Positions 52,810-64,000 of a stretch of 64,000 nucleotides of DNA are shown one piece after another. Source of the DNA: Yuukianura sp. NJ FZ-2021 (lineage: Eukaryota); the NCBI GenBank assembly GCA_046563655.1, contig CM102288.1:4092001-4156000 (forward strand). Reading direction: 5' to 3'. The notes beneath the pieces were generated by a model that did not search any database, was not told the origin of the DNA, and was given only the letters and a program-made list of their open reading frames with translations. The translations under genes and the position numbers were made by a program. The first letter of the stretch is position 1. Each line of letters begins with the position of its first letter.

Positions 52810-53677
52810 TTAAATTTTCATGGGTTCCTTGGTGGCTCCTGGAGCTGCAGAAGGTGGGAAGCAGTAGTTGGAGTTGGTGAAGGATGCTTGGTAGGCCGGT
52901 GGGGCCTGCGTGTAGGTGTACTGCCCAGGGAGACTGTTGGCTTTGATTTCGTTCCGAAGAAGATGCACAATCCAGAGGGAGTAGACGGTGAAAGCCAAGT
53001 TCCAGCTGAAGAACAAGAGTGACATGCCACTGGACATTGTCACGACGGCTGGAATCGAAACGATGGCCAGCACGATCATCATCGTCACGGTAATCACGTA
53101 CCAAGTTCGCAGTTTCTTGTAGTTCAACTGAAACACAAATTACAAATGTCAACGTCAAAAAAATCGGCGTTACAAAAAACTCAAAGTAAAAAAATTCGGG
53201 GTTTAAACTCAAAGTTTAAAAAAAAGTTGAAAAAATTCAGTGTTAAATTCCAAGTTTCTCACCGTCTCAGCGCCTTTCAACAAGTAAATTCCAAGAAGAA
53301 TTTCGCCAATGAAGTAGCAGATACTTGGAGCCAAAAATGCGATCTTGGTGAAAACTGAAAACCAAAAACAAAATTCAAGGTCAAAGGTCACCAGCATTTC
53401 AAAACGACCTCACCGGTTCCCGCCATAAATCGTGACAGTTCATATCCACCCTCATCGTTTTGAAATTCTTTGGATCTGGCCAGAACTTCCGGTTCCGTCA
53501 AAAGGATGAAGGATCCCAACAGCAGAAAGAACAGCACAACAGACGACAGGATCTGGAAAACAATGCAATAGAATTACAAGGTCAACTGGGGTCAAACTCA
53601 AAAGTATATTTGGTGTCTGTTTTTTAACTTACAATGTCAACCCATGCAACAACTTTGGCTTGAAATTGAAACCTCAT
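52810..53677 (-). CDS. Four-transmembrane protein with C-terminal PPxY motif (LAPTM4/tetraspanin-like topology)
   Basis: Exons 53677-53633, 53552-53414, 53354-53263, 53127-52810. MRFQFQAKVVAWVDI|ILSSVVLFFLLLGSFILL..., LLGIYLLKGAET|LNYKKLRTWYVITV..., four hydrophobic segments and tail QAPPAY. Confidence 0.75.
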
Positions 53678-54496
53678 TTTGACTTTTTAGTTTTGCTGTT
53701 TTGCTCTTTTCAGTCGAAATCCTTGAATTTAGTTGCTGAATTTAGTACTGACGAGGATGACAGGATGTGCTGCTGGATTTGGGTTCCAGAGATGATGCAA
53801 GTGACGTTAATTGAATAACTGAATAATTTAGTGTCTCTAATTTTAATTTTGTGACTTCTTTTGTGGCTCTACAAAGAGAGAATTTAGTGCGGAGTGAGAG
53901 ATTTTTTGATGACTTGGAGATGAGTTTGGTGCTATGACCCTGGAAATCTCGCTATACCAAAAACAAGCAACGGAAGTAGGGCGAGAGTGTATCCAGGGAA
54001 ACCCACGATTCATTCCGAAGAACCGCAAAGGATTTTCTCGGACTCTGCCGGATCGTGTTGCTTCTGAATTCCTCGGAATGACCTTGACTCAGACACATCT
54101 TGGAGGTCATGGCTGTCTGTGATGGAACAGAAGACAAGAAAGGTGAGTTCATTTTATGTAGACATGAAAATGAAATGTTAATTGAATGTTAATTTAATTT
54201 TCATTATTTTCCAGGATTTACCAAGAGAGAAAGAGGGGAGTGAAGATGCAAGTTAAAAAGTAAATTGAGTTTGTTGACTGAACGCTGAATCATCTCTTGT
54301 GAGGGATGAAATTGTGGGAGTTATTGGCCAAGTCCATTCAGTCGTCTGCTGGTTGTCACCCTGTTTTGGTCTCTGTCTGTCACAGTCACTGTGTCACTCC
54401 CCTCGGCTGCATCCAGAATTCAAGCATTCAAAGCTGTCATTTGTGCAAGACTTAAGAGAATATTTGTCCAGTGACCCCGATTGACCTCCGTCCAGA

Positions 54497-57400
54497 ATGC
54501 CTTCCATCGCAACTTTATTTCAAAACCAAGAGGAGAGTCTCCAGCCCGAAAAAGCTCTTGTGTCAGGTACGTCAATTTTAGTCATTACATCATAGATTAA
54601 TTTTTGTTTTAAATTTTAAGAAATTTTTTAAACAGAAATGAATTTTTGAATTCAAAGTCTCCCAAGTTTCATGACGCATATTAAAAAGTTTTCTTTTGTC
54701 ATAGGGAAACTCATTAAAGTGCTTTCTTAGATTTGAAGCTGTTCGTACTTTCTTTCTGTTTTGAAAAACAAAAAGATTAAAGTTTTTGAAAAAACGAAAA
54801 GTTGATGACGCGTGAGTGTGTGTTTACATGCTGTTATGCAATTTGTGAAGGTCACATAACACCCCCAGACTTGTATGAATTGGAATCCGGTTCCCCAATT
54901 GTTAGCCTTGACACAGAAATTATGACTTGATCACTCCCAAAATCAAAACGAAAGGCTCATTCACTTTTGCATCTTGGCTCAATTTACGCGACTCGTAATA
55001 AAACACGTACACAAAGTCATTGTTAATTCCAAATTGCAACAACAGGAATACAAAATGTAATCCTTGCCTTTTTAATCCCATCGGATGTGCGTAAAATTGA
55101 GATTTTCACAAAATTCCTCTCGTGAAATCTTCCTAACTAAAGTTTTAAAAAGGATTTTGAGGTACGTCGTTTTCATAAACGCGTCAAAGTGGCGTCTAAA
55201 TCCAACAAATGTTTTTGCATCTAATGAGTCTGATTTCCTGTCTGAATCATGCTGGATTTTGCCAATTGCAGGATATACTTAGTACATTAGTTTGTAGCGA
55301 CATGAAACATTTGCAATTTTGAGTTGAAAGTTTTTTTTGTACCTTTGACCTTGAAAGTTCAACTGCAGATCAATCTTGCTTAGTAGTGAAATGTGTCAAA
55401 CCAAAATGAATTTGTACCGTTGTTGCTTTGTAGTTTTTTCTAAACTTTTATATCTCCCCAACGCATAATTTCCATTTTTTGTCATTTGAAATTAGAAAAA
55501 TGACAGTATTTTTGGAGGATGTTGTGTACGTTTGTTGTAGGTGTTTGTTAAAGATTTATTGTCCAATTGCACAACTTGTGGTTTTAATCTTACCATAGGC
55601 AAAGGTAAAAAAGTGACAAGTTGGACGACATAAGTAGGGCCAAGGCCAAGTGGAGAGTGACACACTACTCACGTAGCGCTGTCAGTCACACAAGGTCATC
55701 AGTCACATCACGAATGCATTGTGACAAAAAAAGTTCAAACTTGTTTCTTTTTTTTACTTTTTGAAAATTTTAATAAAAGACTGTTGTTTACTTGTTATCC
55801 AGGCTCCATTCCTGATTGGCTGAGTGGAAGTTATCTCCGAGTTGGTCCAGGTGAGTTCATCGCCTTTTGAAATTGTTCTAGGTCAACTTGGCTTTTGTAG
55901 GTCAAGGTCACCTAGTTGACCTTTGATTAAGAACAAATGAAAATTGAAGATTTTGATTCTTGGATAAAATTTTGTTGATTTCAGGAAAATTTGACATTGG
56001 CGACATCAGTATGCGTCATTTCATAGACGGTTACGCAATGTTGAGCAAATTTGAAATTCGGAATGGTTCAGTTTCGTTTAACAAAAAATACGTTCAGTCT
56101 GATGCTTACAAAAAGGCAGCAGAACACAAGCAGCCATTTTTTCCAGAATTTGCAACCAAAGGAAACATTGCCTCCACAAAGTCAATCTTCACTCGCGTCT
56201 GCAACACATTCGTAAGTCAATCTTTTCCAAATTCAAAATTTTACTACAAATTCATGCAAATTTTATTGAAAAGTCTACTTTTTTTTAGAGTTCCAATGAT
56301 ATCACTGACAACTGCTCCATCAATGTTTACCAAATTGGAAACGAAGTCTACGCAGCTTCCGAGACTTGTCATGTCCACAGCATTGACACTGAAAAACTGG
56401 AGAGCAGTGATAAGGTATACTGTCATGCCAATGTTAATTAGTATGTTAATTTTAAGTTATGTGAAGAAGTTGATGGCCTTTGACCTTGTTACCCACAGAT
56501 TGACTACTACAAGGTGTTTGGAGTTCACATGGCCACTGCTCATCCAATTGAAGATAAAAACGGAGACTGGTACAACATTGGCACAAGCTTCACGACCGGA
56601 TGCAAATACAATGTTCTCAAGATCCCGTCTGTCCACAGTGGATCGGTCAAAGACTGTGAGTCATTCCATTTGTTGTCAATGTCACTCCGAGGTGAACATG
56701 TCAACTTTAATCCCGTTTTTGTTTAGCAATCAAGAAGGCTTCGGTAGTGGCCACGATTAGTCCGTCGTGGTCAACTTGCTTCTCGTACTACCATACGTTT
56801 GCCATGACTGACAATTTCATTGTCATGATTGAGCAGCCACTGCTCATGAGTGTCATGAAGATGACCGATGCCAAGTTGAAGGGCAAGAGCATCCGGGACA
56901 TCATGGAGTGGACACCAACTGAAAAAGTAATTCAAAATCAGCAGAATCTTATTAAAATACAAATTATAATTTTAAAACGTTTTGGTTTCGTTTTCAGAAT
57001 CGATTCCATATTGTGGACAAACGAACTGGAGACGTTTTCAAGACAAAGTTCTACTCTGACACTCCATTTTTCTTTTTCCATTTGGTCAATTCCTATGAAG
57101 AGGATGGTCACATTGTGATTGATGTCGATGCCTATCCAAGTAGTGAAGTCATGGACAAGATGTCAATTGATCGTCTACGTTCTGGCGACTTGGACCAGAA
57201 GGATCCTTCCAGAATCCAGCGCTATGTACTTCCGCTGGTCAAAAACATTAAGGTAACTTTTTGGAAACAGTTTCGAAATTTTGAAATCGTTCTTATATTT
57301 GCTGATTTTGTGACCTTGAGGATGAGGAGAAAGGAGTTAACTTGGTAAAACTGAGCTACACGACTGCCACTGCCAAAAGAGAAAACGATTCGCTGATTCT

Positions 57401-57988
57401 GACGAGTCAGGGAATTGGTGAGTCTGGATTTGAAGGACCCAAAATCAATCCAGCCAAGAGATTTGAGAAGTATCAGTACGTTTACGGAACAGGGTCAATG
57501 CTACCGGGATACTACGCCAATGCGGTAATGAACAACACTAAACTAATTAATCTGTTAAAACTTAATTAACTTAATATCTTGACTCGTAGTTGTGCAAAAT
57601 TGACATTACGTCAGGCGACACTTTGCTTTGGAAGGACAACGAGTTCGTTTTCCCGGGTGCGTAACCATCGTTTTCTTGAAGTTATTAGGAAAAGAACGTT
57701 TTTTTTTCTAATAAAAAACGTTTAGTGTGAACGTTTTTCTAACTCTTTGTTACGTTAGGCGAGCCAATCTTCATTCCGAATCCTGAGAGTACAGCCGAAG
57801 ATGCTGGAGTGCTCATGACGACCTGCTCAGACGTGCGTACGAGTGCCAAAGACTATGTCGTCTTCCTCAATGCCAAGACGATGACTGAACTGGGTCGAGC
57901 TGCCGTGACAGGTCAAATACCACAGTCACTCCACGGAATCTTCCTGCCGGATAAGAACTCACTCAAAAATGGTGTCAAAATTAATTAG
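54497..57988 (+). CDS. Carotenoid cleavage oxygenase, paralog 4, 10 exons
   Basis: Exons 54497-54566, 55803-55850, 55985-56211, 56289-56414, 56499-56655, 56727-56926, 56998-57252, 57321-57523, 57590-57656, 57759-57988. GSIPDWLSGSYLRVGPG, HFIDG, EFAT, TAHPI, YHTFAMT, FHLVN, FEGPKIN, PG|EPIF, LHGIF. Confidence 0.93.
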
Positions 57989-58436
57989 GAATCTACGATT
58001 AACTGACTTTAGAAACCTAAGTAGGAGCCAAATTGCAAAGAATACTTTAGACAAATGCTATAACTTAACCTGTTCCTTCCATGACATTGCATTTTCATAT
58101 CCTAGTTAATTAAGTTAGTTAACTTGAGTAGTTAGTGCCTTGTGATATATTCGCATTCTCCAAAGAAGTGTGAACGGTGACCAGAGTTTTCCATGTGCCC
58201 ATGAGTAAGTTAGTGTCGAGATACAACTGATTACTAATTGAGAAAAACTGAAAAAAATGTAATAATTTAAGTTTAATATAAAGGGCTAAAAATTATTACA
58301 ATTAACAAAAAATAAAAAAAGAGATTGCTACTAACTTTATAACATCACGTTCGTTCAGGAGACAAATAACATTGAACAGGACACGGAATTGATTAACTTA
58401 TGAATAGCTGAGAAAACTTCCGAACTTCGTTACGTT

Positions 58437-59513
58437 TTAAATCGGGAGAGTCCTTGTGAAACTTGACGAGATGAATTTGGTGAGATACGTAAGTCCAGCG
58501 ATCCCTCCTAACAAATTCATGTTAATTCGTTAGTCAATTAATTGATTACTTGAGTTGAGATATTTTAAGCTTACCAGGTAAGTATGAGACGATGAATGAG
58601 AGGAGTGACAGTATCTGGACTGTGATTCCAATGACTGTGAGGACAGTACTTTGAAACTGAATTGCAAACAGAAGTGTTGCAAATAAGGATCCAAAGTAGA
58701 GGCTAGTAAACGGAAGTCGTTCTGCTGTGAAGAGATGACGAAAGAAGGCTCCGAATCCCCACAGGAGCGACAGGCTAGAGGAAAAACAACTTAGGATTTA
58801 AGTGTAACCAGAGCTAAATATTTACGTCAAGAATCGTTTGTACCTCGCAAATGTAAACACACTTCCAAAGGTGAAGAGAATACTGAACTTCCTGGCTTTT
58901 AGCAGCAGTATTGGGATGTAGAAACTGGAAAGAACGAAGAAGGTAATGCCCATGCCAAGCAATATGAAGAATCCAATGATTCGCTCCTTCCGGGACTATC
59001 AATTACAAAAAATAGTACGAAATTTCAAGTTCATGGTACCTTAAACGACGTTTTGTTAACTTACCAGTGTACATCCGCATTTGAGTCGACTGAGACAAGA
59101 TGAATCCTCTGTAGCTGGAGAAGTACTTCCTGAAGACGTTGACAGTCCACTAAACATTCCAAACCTAACGGCAATGTCATCTTCGATACTTCCAGTTCCA
59201 CCGATCCTTTTCGGCACAAACTTCTTGACATTTGACCCCACCTTGGAAAAGAATCCGGATAACGAATTGTTGTTGTCTTTGTCACGCTGTTGAATCAGAA
59301 ACTCCTCCAGTTCGTTCCCTCCTCTGAAAATCATAAAATTCCATTCAACACTGCAAGTATTTTCAATGAACAACTATAAAACTTTATATTTGTTGTATTT
59401 TTTTTATAACAACTTTCTAAATTTAAGGAGTTCAGTTAGCGTTTGAAAACTTACGTGTCATCGCTTGTTCCGCTCATGTTGATTTCCAAACTACTACTTC
59501 GATGATGACTCAT
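58437..59513 (-). CDS. SFT2D3: Vesicle transport protein SFT2/Got1 family (SFT2C/SFT2D3-like)
   Basis: Exons 59513-59455, 59323-59065, ~58995-58844, ~58773-58575, 58507-58437. TL|SRKERIIGF, LLLKARKFSILFTFGS, HLFTAERLPFTSLYFGSLFATL, SYLPGGIAGL...TLPI*. Confidence 0.88.
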
Positions 59514-60309
59514 GTTGAATCAGGTGATAATGACAATCCAAGTCGCAATTTAAGTTAATTACACTTTAATTTAACACTTTTACAAACAAAATAAACAATC
59601 AGCTGTTTGATAATGATAAGCAATTAAATTTTACCCAAATCAGCATAGTGCGCCTGCCTGTACGTCGAAATTAAAGAAACACTGCGGCGCCAATCAAAAT
59701 ACCACAAAAAAACTCTATGAATAGAATTTAAATGTCAGGGCGGAAGAAAAACCGAGATGAAAATTATGAAAAATTTTATCCGACTTTTTACTTTGACATA
59801 AATTTCTCTGAATTTTAAATTCCATCTTTTTAGATTTCAAATTGCAATTAACTAAACGTTTTAATTAACGACCGTGAATCTGGTAATTCAAAGAAGTACA
59901 CGAGGCCTCTGCATACGATTCTTGGCGTAAGTTGACTTTACTTGCGTCTAAAGGCTGAAAAGTACTAAAACCTAGACAAAATAGTTTCCATTTCGAATCG
60001 ACTAACATTTAAGTTTAGTTACGTTACGCTAATTAGTAATTGACTTAAACTATTTGGATTAATTGATGAGACTGCTTCTTTAGTAGTACACCACCTCTTT
60101 AAAGAAAGTCAGAGATCATTAACAAGTAAGTAGTTCTGGAATTGAGTATCGCTTCTAGCAGCCTTTCATTGAGATTCCTACTAGCGGCTTCAGCTCGACG
60201 CTAAAAGTTAATTGAAAGGTTGAATTTCTGAATTGAAGGTTTCCAACTTCTGGACCTTGTACTCTTGTAACGTAAAAGTTAAGCACGTCCATCTCCCGTC
60301 ACTAGCTTC

Positions 60310-61769
60310 TCAAGTAGTTCGACTCGAATTGGGTGACACGAGTGGCGTTGGAGGTGCAGATAGTTGCTGGAAGTTATTCATGTCAGGATCCACAAGTGGA
60401 AATGCCGCTGCTGCTCTAGTGTCCGTAGAGTACATAATTGCGAAGCATAGATTCTCAATATTGTGAATGTCCTCCCTTGTTTCCATAACTCGACGGGCTT
60501 GTTGGAATGCTGGATGTGCTTCCATTCGGAGCGTAAGAAGAGCCGACAGGACAACGGCACATCCCTCTACGAACTTGTGCAACTCTGCGATTGCAGCGTC
60601 ATGTAGAGTTCGCCTATATAAGATCAAATTCTCAGCAAAATCTTCACATTTTCCAATGGAATGTGATCCTTACCTATTGAAAATGGCGTTTCTGGTTTGA
60701 CAGTTGGAGCTGGTAACGTTGTAAAAGACGTTCCTTATGTGCTGTCTGTTGAGGTAAAGGTGATCCAGTGTGTAAATGGCAGTTTCATATACTTGACGAT
60801 ACTCTGTCACAGTCAAGCCTAGTTGTATCAAAATCGACTCCACGACGTCCAAAGTTGTCACGATATTCAGATTGTAGTCCAATAGGTCAAAAACTCTCAA
60901 CTCCGACTGTTGGATCGCTTCAACTGAGAAGTTATACTTGAGACGCTGATAAAGACCAGTTAGATCCTCAATGCTCACATCCTGTTGAAGTTGTAGTAAA
61001 TTGTTAGGTTTTTATGTTTATTTAGTATACATCAGTTTGCGAATTTGTACCAGATGAGCGACGTCAGCGGTGTTCATCTTGGAAGCCAGTTGGATGCAGG
61101 ATCCAATACGAAGCATAGCCAATTCAAGTGCGCGCATTTCCAATTGTTGTACATTCGGTTCTGGTGCTTCATTAATGGCACGCTTCATGTCTTCATTGAA
61201 TCTTGTGATAAATCTAAGTTCAGAAAGAAGAAAATGTTTGTCAATCTTATCCAGAAATGTTGATTTTGGTAAAAACTAACCGCTTGTGAACTTCGCATGA
61301 CAAATACTTGACACTGTCCGAAAGCTTGAAGTAGTTGCAGACTTGGAATATGACCATATCAGCTTGAGGTGTGTTTTTGCCATTGGGATGCAGATTCTCT
61401 GCAAAGTCCATCTCAATCTTCTCCCTCAATGTCTCCAGTTGACCGTCCAGCATACTTTCTAAAAACAATTAAAACTGAACGCAAGGAAGTCATTGGGTTT
61501 TGATGTTTTTCCTTACTGTTTTCTCGGTATGTAAGAGTTGATTGAAACTTTTCAAGACATTCTTCCGGCGGTGCCTCAGGGAAGGCGTCATGACCTTCTC
61601 CCCCGACTGCATCTTCTCCTTCTGGAAGTGAGCGTGACCCAAGCGTACCACTGTCGCGACCTAAAGTAACAACGTCTGTTTTTGCACTTGTTCCAGGATA
61701 CTTTCGTTTATCATTTGCTTAATGTTGCTTACTCAGGACGGAGTTTGACCAATATCCAAATGGCAGCAT
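60310..61769 (-). CDS. CNTD1: Cyclin N-terminal domain-containing protein 1 (CNTD1/COSA-1-like meiotic crossover factor)
   Basis: Multi-exon ORF from ATG 61769 to TGA 60310. Cyclin-box features VKYLSCEVHKR|F, LRIGSCIQLASKM, SELRVFDLLDYNLNIVTTLDVVESIL and YTLDHLYLNR resemble CNTD1 rather than mitotic cyclins (no MRAILVDW motif). Confidence 0.75.
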
Positions 61770-62556
61770 CTTGATATCCACTCTCTTCGTTATCTCGTCT
61801 CTCCGCCAATCGTTTTGCGTTTAGTGGAAATTCAAACGATTCATTCGAATGTAAATTGAAAAACCGTCAAGCTAGATAAAACGTCGCATGTTTGATCACG
61901 ATCGTTTCTAAGGTCAGCTCCTCTGGATAACTCAAGGTCAGCACAACCTGTACCTTGACTAGTATGACGTCAGGTTTCGTTAACTGAATATTCAAATTCA
62001 ATGGCCAAATTCGATAAAGTGAGCTCTCGACGGATAAGATAATTCCAGCGTTATCGCCTACTACGGCGAGAATACAAATAAAAAATGGTAAACACAAAAA
62101 GGAAACAAAATCTTTACGTTTTTTTTTGTATAAAACTGTAGTAGAGCATGCGTCAACTTTGAACTCGTGACTTGGTTTGAATATCCCCAACCCGCCAAAT
62201 GTCAATTCTGGTTGGAGTAAGGTCTCACGAGAGTCATTGTAGTCGTACAATGTAGCCACTTCTGTGGCTGCAATGGGTGGCTTAACTAGCGGCTACTTAT
62301 GTTGCCACTTTAGGTTAGGTTTTTAATGTGAAGTGGCTACAAATATTGGTACTAGCAGCCGCCTACTACTGTAATTGACACAAGGTGACCGGAGTGGCTG
62401 CACACTGCGGCAGCGGCTACAAAGATGCTCGTTAATCCTTACCTCAACTCAATTTTTTGTTTACAGTTAATAAATTTAACCCAACCTAATTTAATTAGCA
62501 TTAATCGATTACTTTGTAATTGGTAGTTCCGTTCCGGTGGCTGACTGTGGCGAACG

Positions 62557-63798
62557 ATGACTGCTGTATCCGTATTTTCAACTTCAAGGTCGTTTTCCTT
62601 TGCAGCGAACAATTTTCTGTCACGTTCGTTTCCTTCTGCTTCCCGTTCCAGTGCATCCACCTTATTTCTACTTCGGAGGAGGAATTACTGCGGCATTCAT
62701 TACACAAGCACCAGCATTGTTCCAGCAGTTAATCGTAGACAGCAGATACCTAATTCCGTAAGCTCAAACTTGTCACAAAATCCGCAATTTCTGAATTACT
62801 GCTGTCTAATGTCATTACGTTGATTATTGCAGATCTCGTGGAGATTCCAAAGTACACAATCCAATAAAACTCCAGGCCAAGAGGGAGAAAAGGTCGTTGA
62901 GAAGCCTCTTCTCAGGTCAAACAAGAAACCAGTTCCAGACAGTCCACTTTCATGGAAAAGTGTACTTATTGCCATTGGTTGTGGTGCAATCATGACTGGT
63001 TTCTTCTACTACATCAAGAAGGAAAAAGATCAGAGTACATGAGACGCTTTACTGCAATTACGTAACGTAAACGTTCAACATGAATTTGTTTGTTTTTAGA
63101 ACTTATGATCGAGAGGAAGCGAGCTCTTGGAAAAGCTTCTTTGGGAGGCCGCTTCGACCTGGTGAATCACGATGGAAAGGCCGTGAAAAGTGAAGATTTC
63201 TTGGGGAAATGGGTGTTGATTTATTTTGGATTTACGCACTGCCCTGACGTCTGTCCAGAAGAACTGGAGAAATTGGCCAAAGTTACCAAACTTATAGGTA
63301 TGGAACGATATAATGTTAAGAATCATCGAACGTTTCTCAAGTTTGAGTTTAACTTTTTCATCTGTAGACGAAGACAGTGCAAAGCATATGGAAGTCCAAC
63401 CACTCTTCATCACTGTTGACCCTGCCAGGGACTCGATGGCTGCCATCAAAAAATACCTTTCAGAATTTTCAGATCGATTCATGGGCCTGACTGGAACGAC
63501 AGAACAGATTGCCAAAGCATGTAAAGCCTACAGAGTATACTTCAGCGCTGGACCCAGAGATGATGACGATGATTACATAGTAAATCTAAAAAAAAATCTA
63601 CTTTTTCTTGTACTTTGGAGCTAATTTTTACTAACTTTCTTGTGTCATTAGGTGGATCATACGATTATCATTTACTTAGTCAATCCGGATGGAGAATTTG
63701 TAGACTACTTTGGACAAACGAAGACAGCAGAAGACATTTACAATGCCATGCTTCTCTCTGCAGCAAAATACAAGGCACTCAAAAGCAAATGGTTTTAG
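62557..63798 (+). CDS. SCO1: Mitochondrial cytochrome c oxidase copper chaperone SCO1/SCO2
   Basis: Exons 62557-62757, 62833-63034, 63100-63297, 63368-63578, 63652-63798. Ser/Arg-rich presequence, PLSWKS + [29 protein letters not shown] (CxxxC), [18 protein letters not shown] (His ligand). Confidence 0.95.
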
Positions 63799-64000
63799 TA
63801 AGCAGTTATCTCAATTAATTATCCAATTCTCAGAAATCGTCGATTCATAAAGGCAATTCTTAATTAAAGATTTGTTAGTGATTTGCATTCCTAATTAGTG
63901 TTAACTTTCTAAAGCGGATTGCTTGATCTTTGGAAATGTACTTCCCGATTTGACCTTTGACGTTGCGTGAGGCGTGACCTTGACTGGTGAAGGAAGGTCA

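Noticed and set aside
53934..54122. 62-aa ATG ORF upstream of oxygenase paralog 4
   Set aside because: Short, with no motif. More likely within a 5' UTR exon (possible uORF) than a separate gene.
38751..57988. Recent horizontal transfer of the oxygenases from bacteria or fungi
   Set aside because: The genes have host-type spliceosomal introns and metazoan BCO/RPE65-like motifs (G-x-IP-x-WL-x-G...R-x-GPG, EFGT, PDP remnant). Nothing in the sequence indicates a recent foreign origin; only a phylogeny could revive this.
61867..62259. 130-aa minus-strand ORF upstream of CNTD1
   Set aside because: GTG start, no motifs, includes poly-A-derived KKKRK. It lies in the divergent promoter region.

Overview
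Intron-rich, AT-rich eukaryotic genomic DNA from an arthropod. Gene content and ~55-90 nt introns would fit a springtail-like hexapod, but that is inference only. I assembled the genes by hand from splice sites and reading-frame phase. Left to right: (1) a minus-strand sprint/RIN-family Rab5 GEF (SH2-VPS9-RA) that runs off the left edge and probably starts ~25 kb in, behind a ~17 kb first intron; (2) a small 4-exon antisense gene nested in that intron; (3) OTUD3; (4) a PVR/VEGFR-like receptor tyrosine kinase with only one Ig domain; (5) an NPLP1-type neuropeptide precursor; (6) a tail-anchored MSP-domain protein; (7) four carotenoid-cleavage-oxygenase (BCO/RPE65/NinaB superfamily) paralogs between 38.7 and 58 kb, interleaved with a short Ac45/ATP6AP1-like gene and a 4-TM PY-motif gene; (8) SFT2D3-like, CNTD1/COSA-1 and SCO1/2. 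The best candidate for an undescribed system is the divergent four-gene oxygenase cluster. All copies keep the four Fe-binding His, all lack the PDPCK cysteine, one swaps a second-shell Glu for Asn, and they have 4/6/8/10 exons. I found no rRNA, tRNA, CRISPR array or autonomous transposon that I can support. Family calls rest on motif recognition, not database searches.
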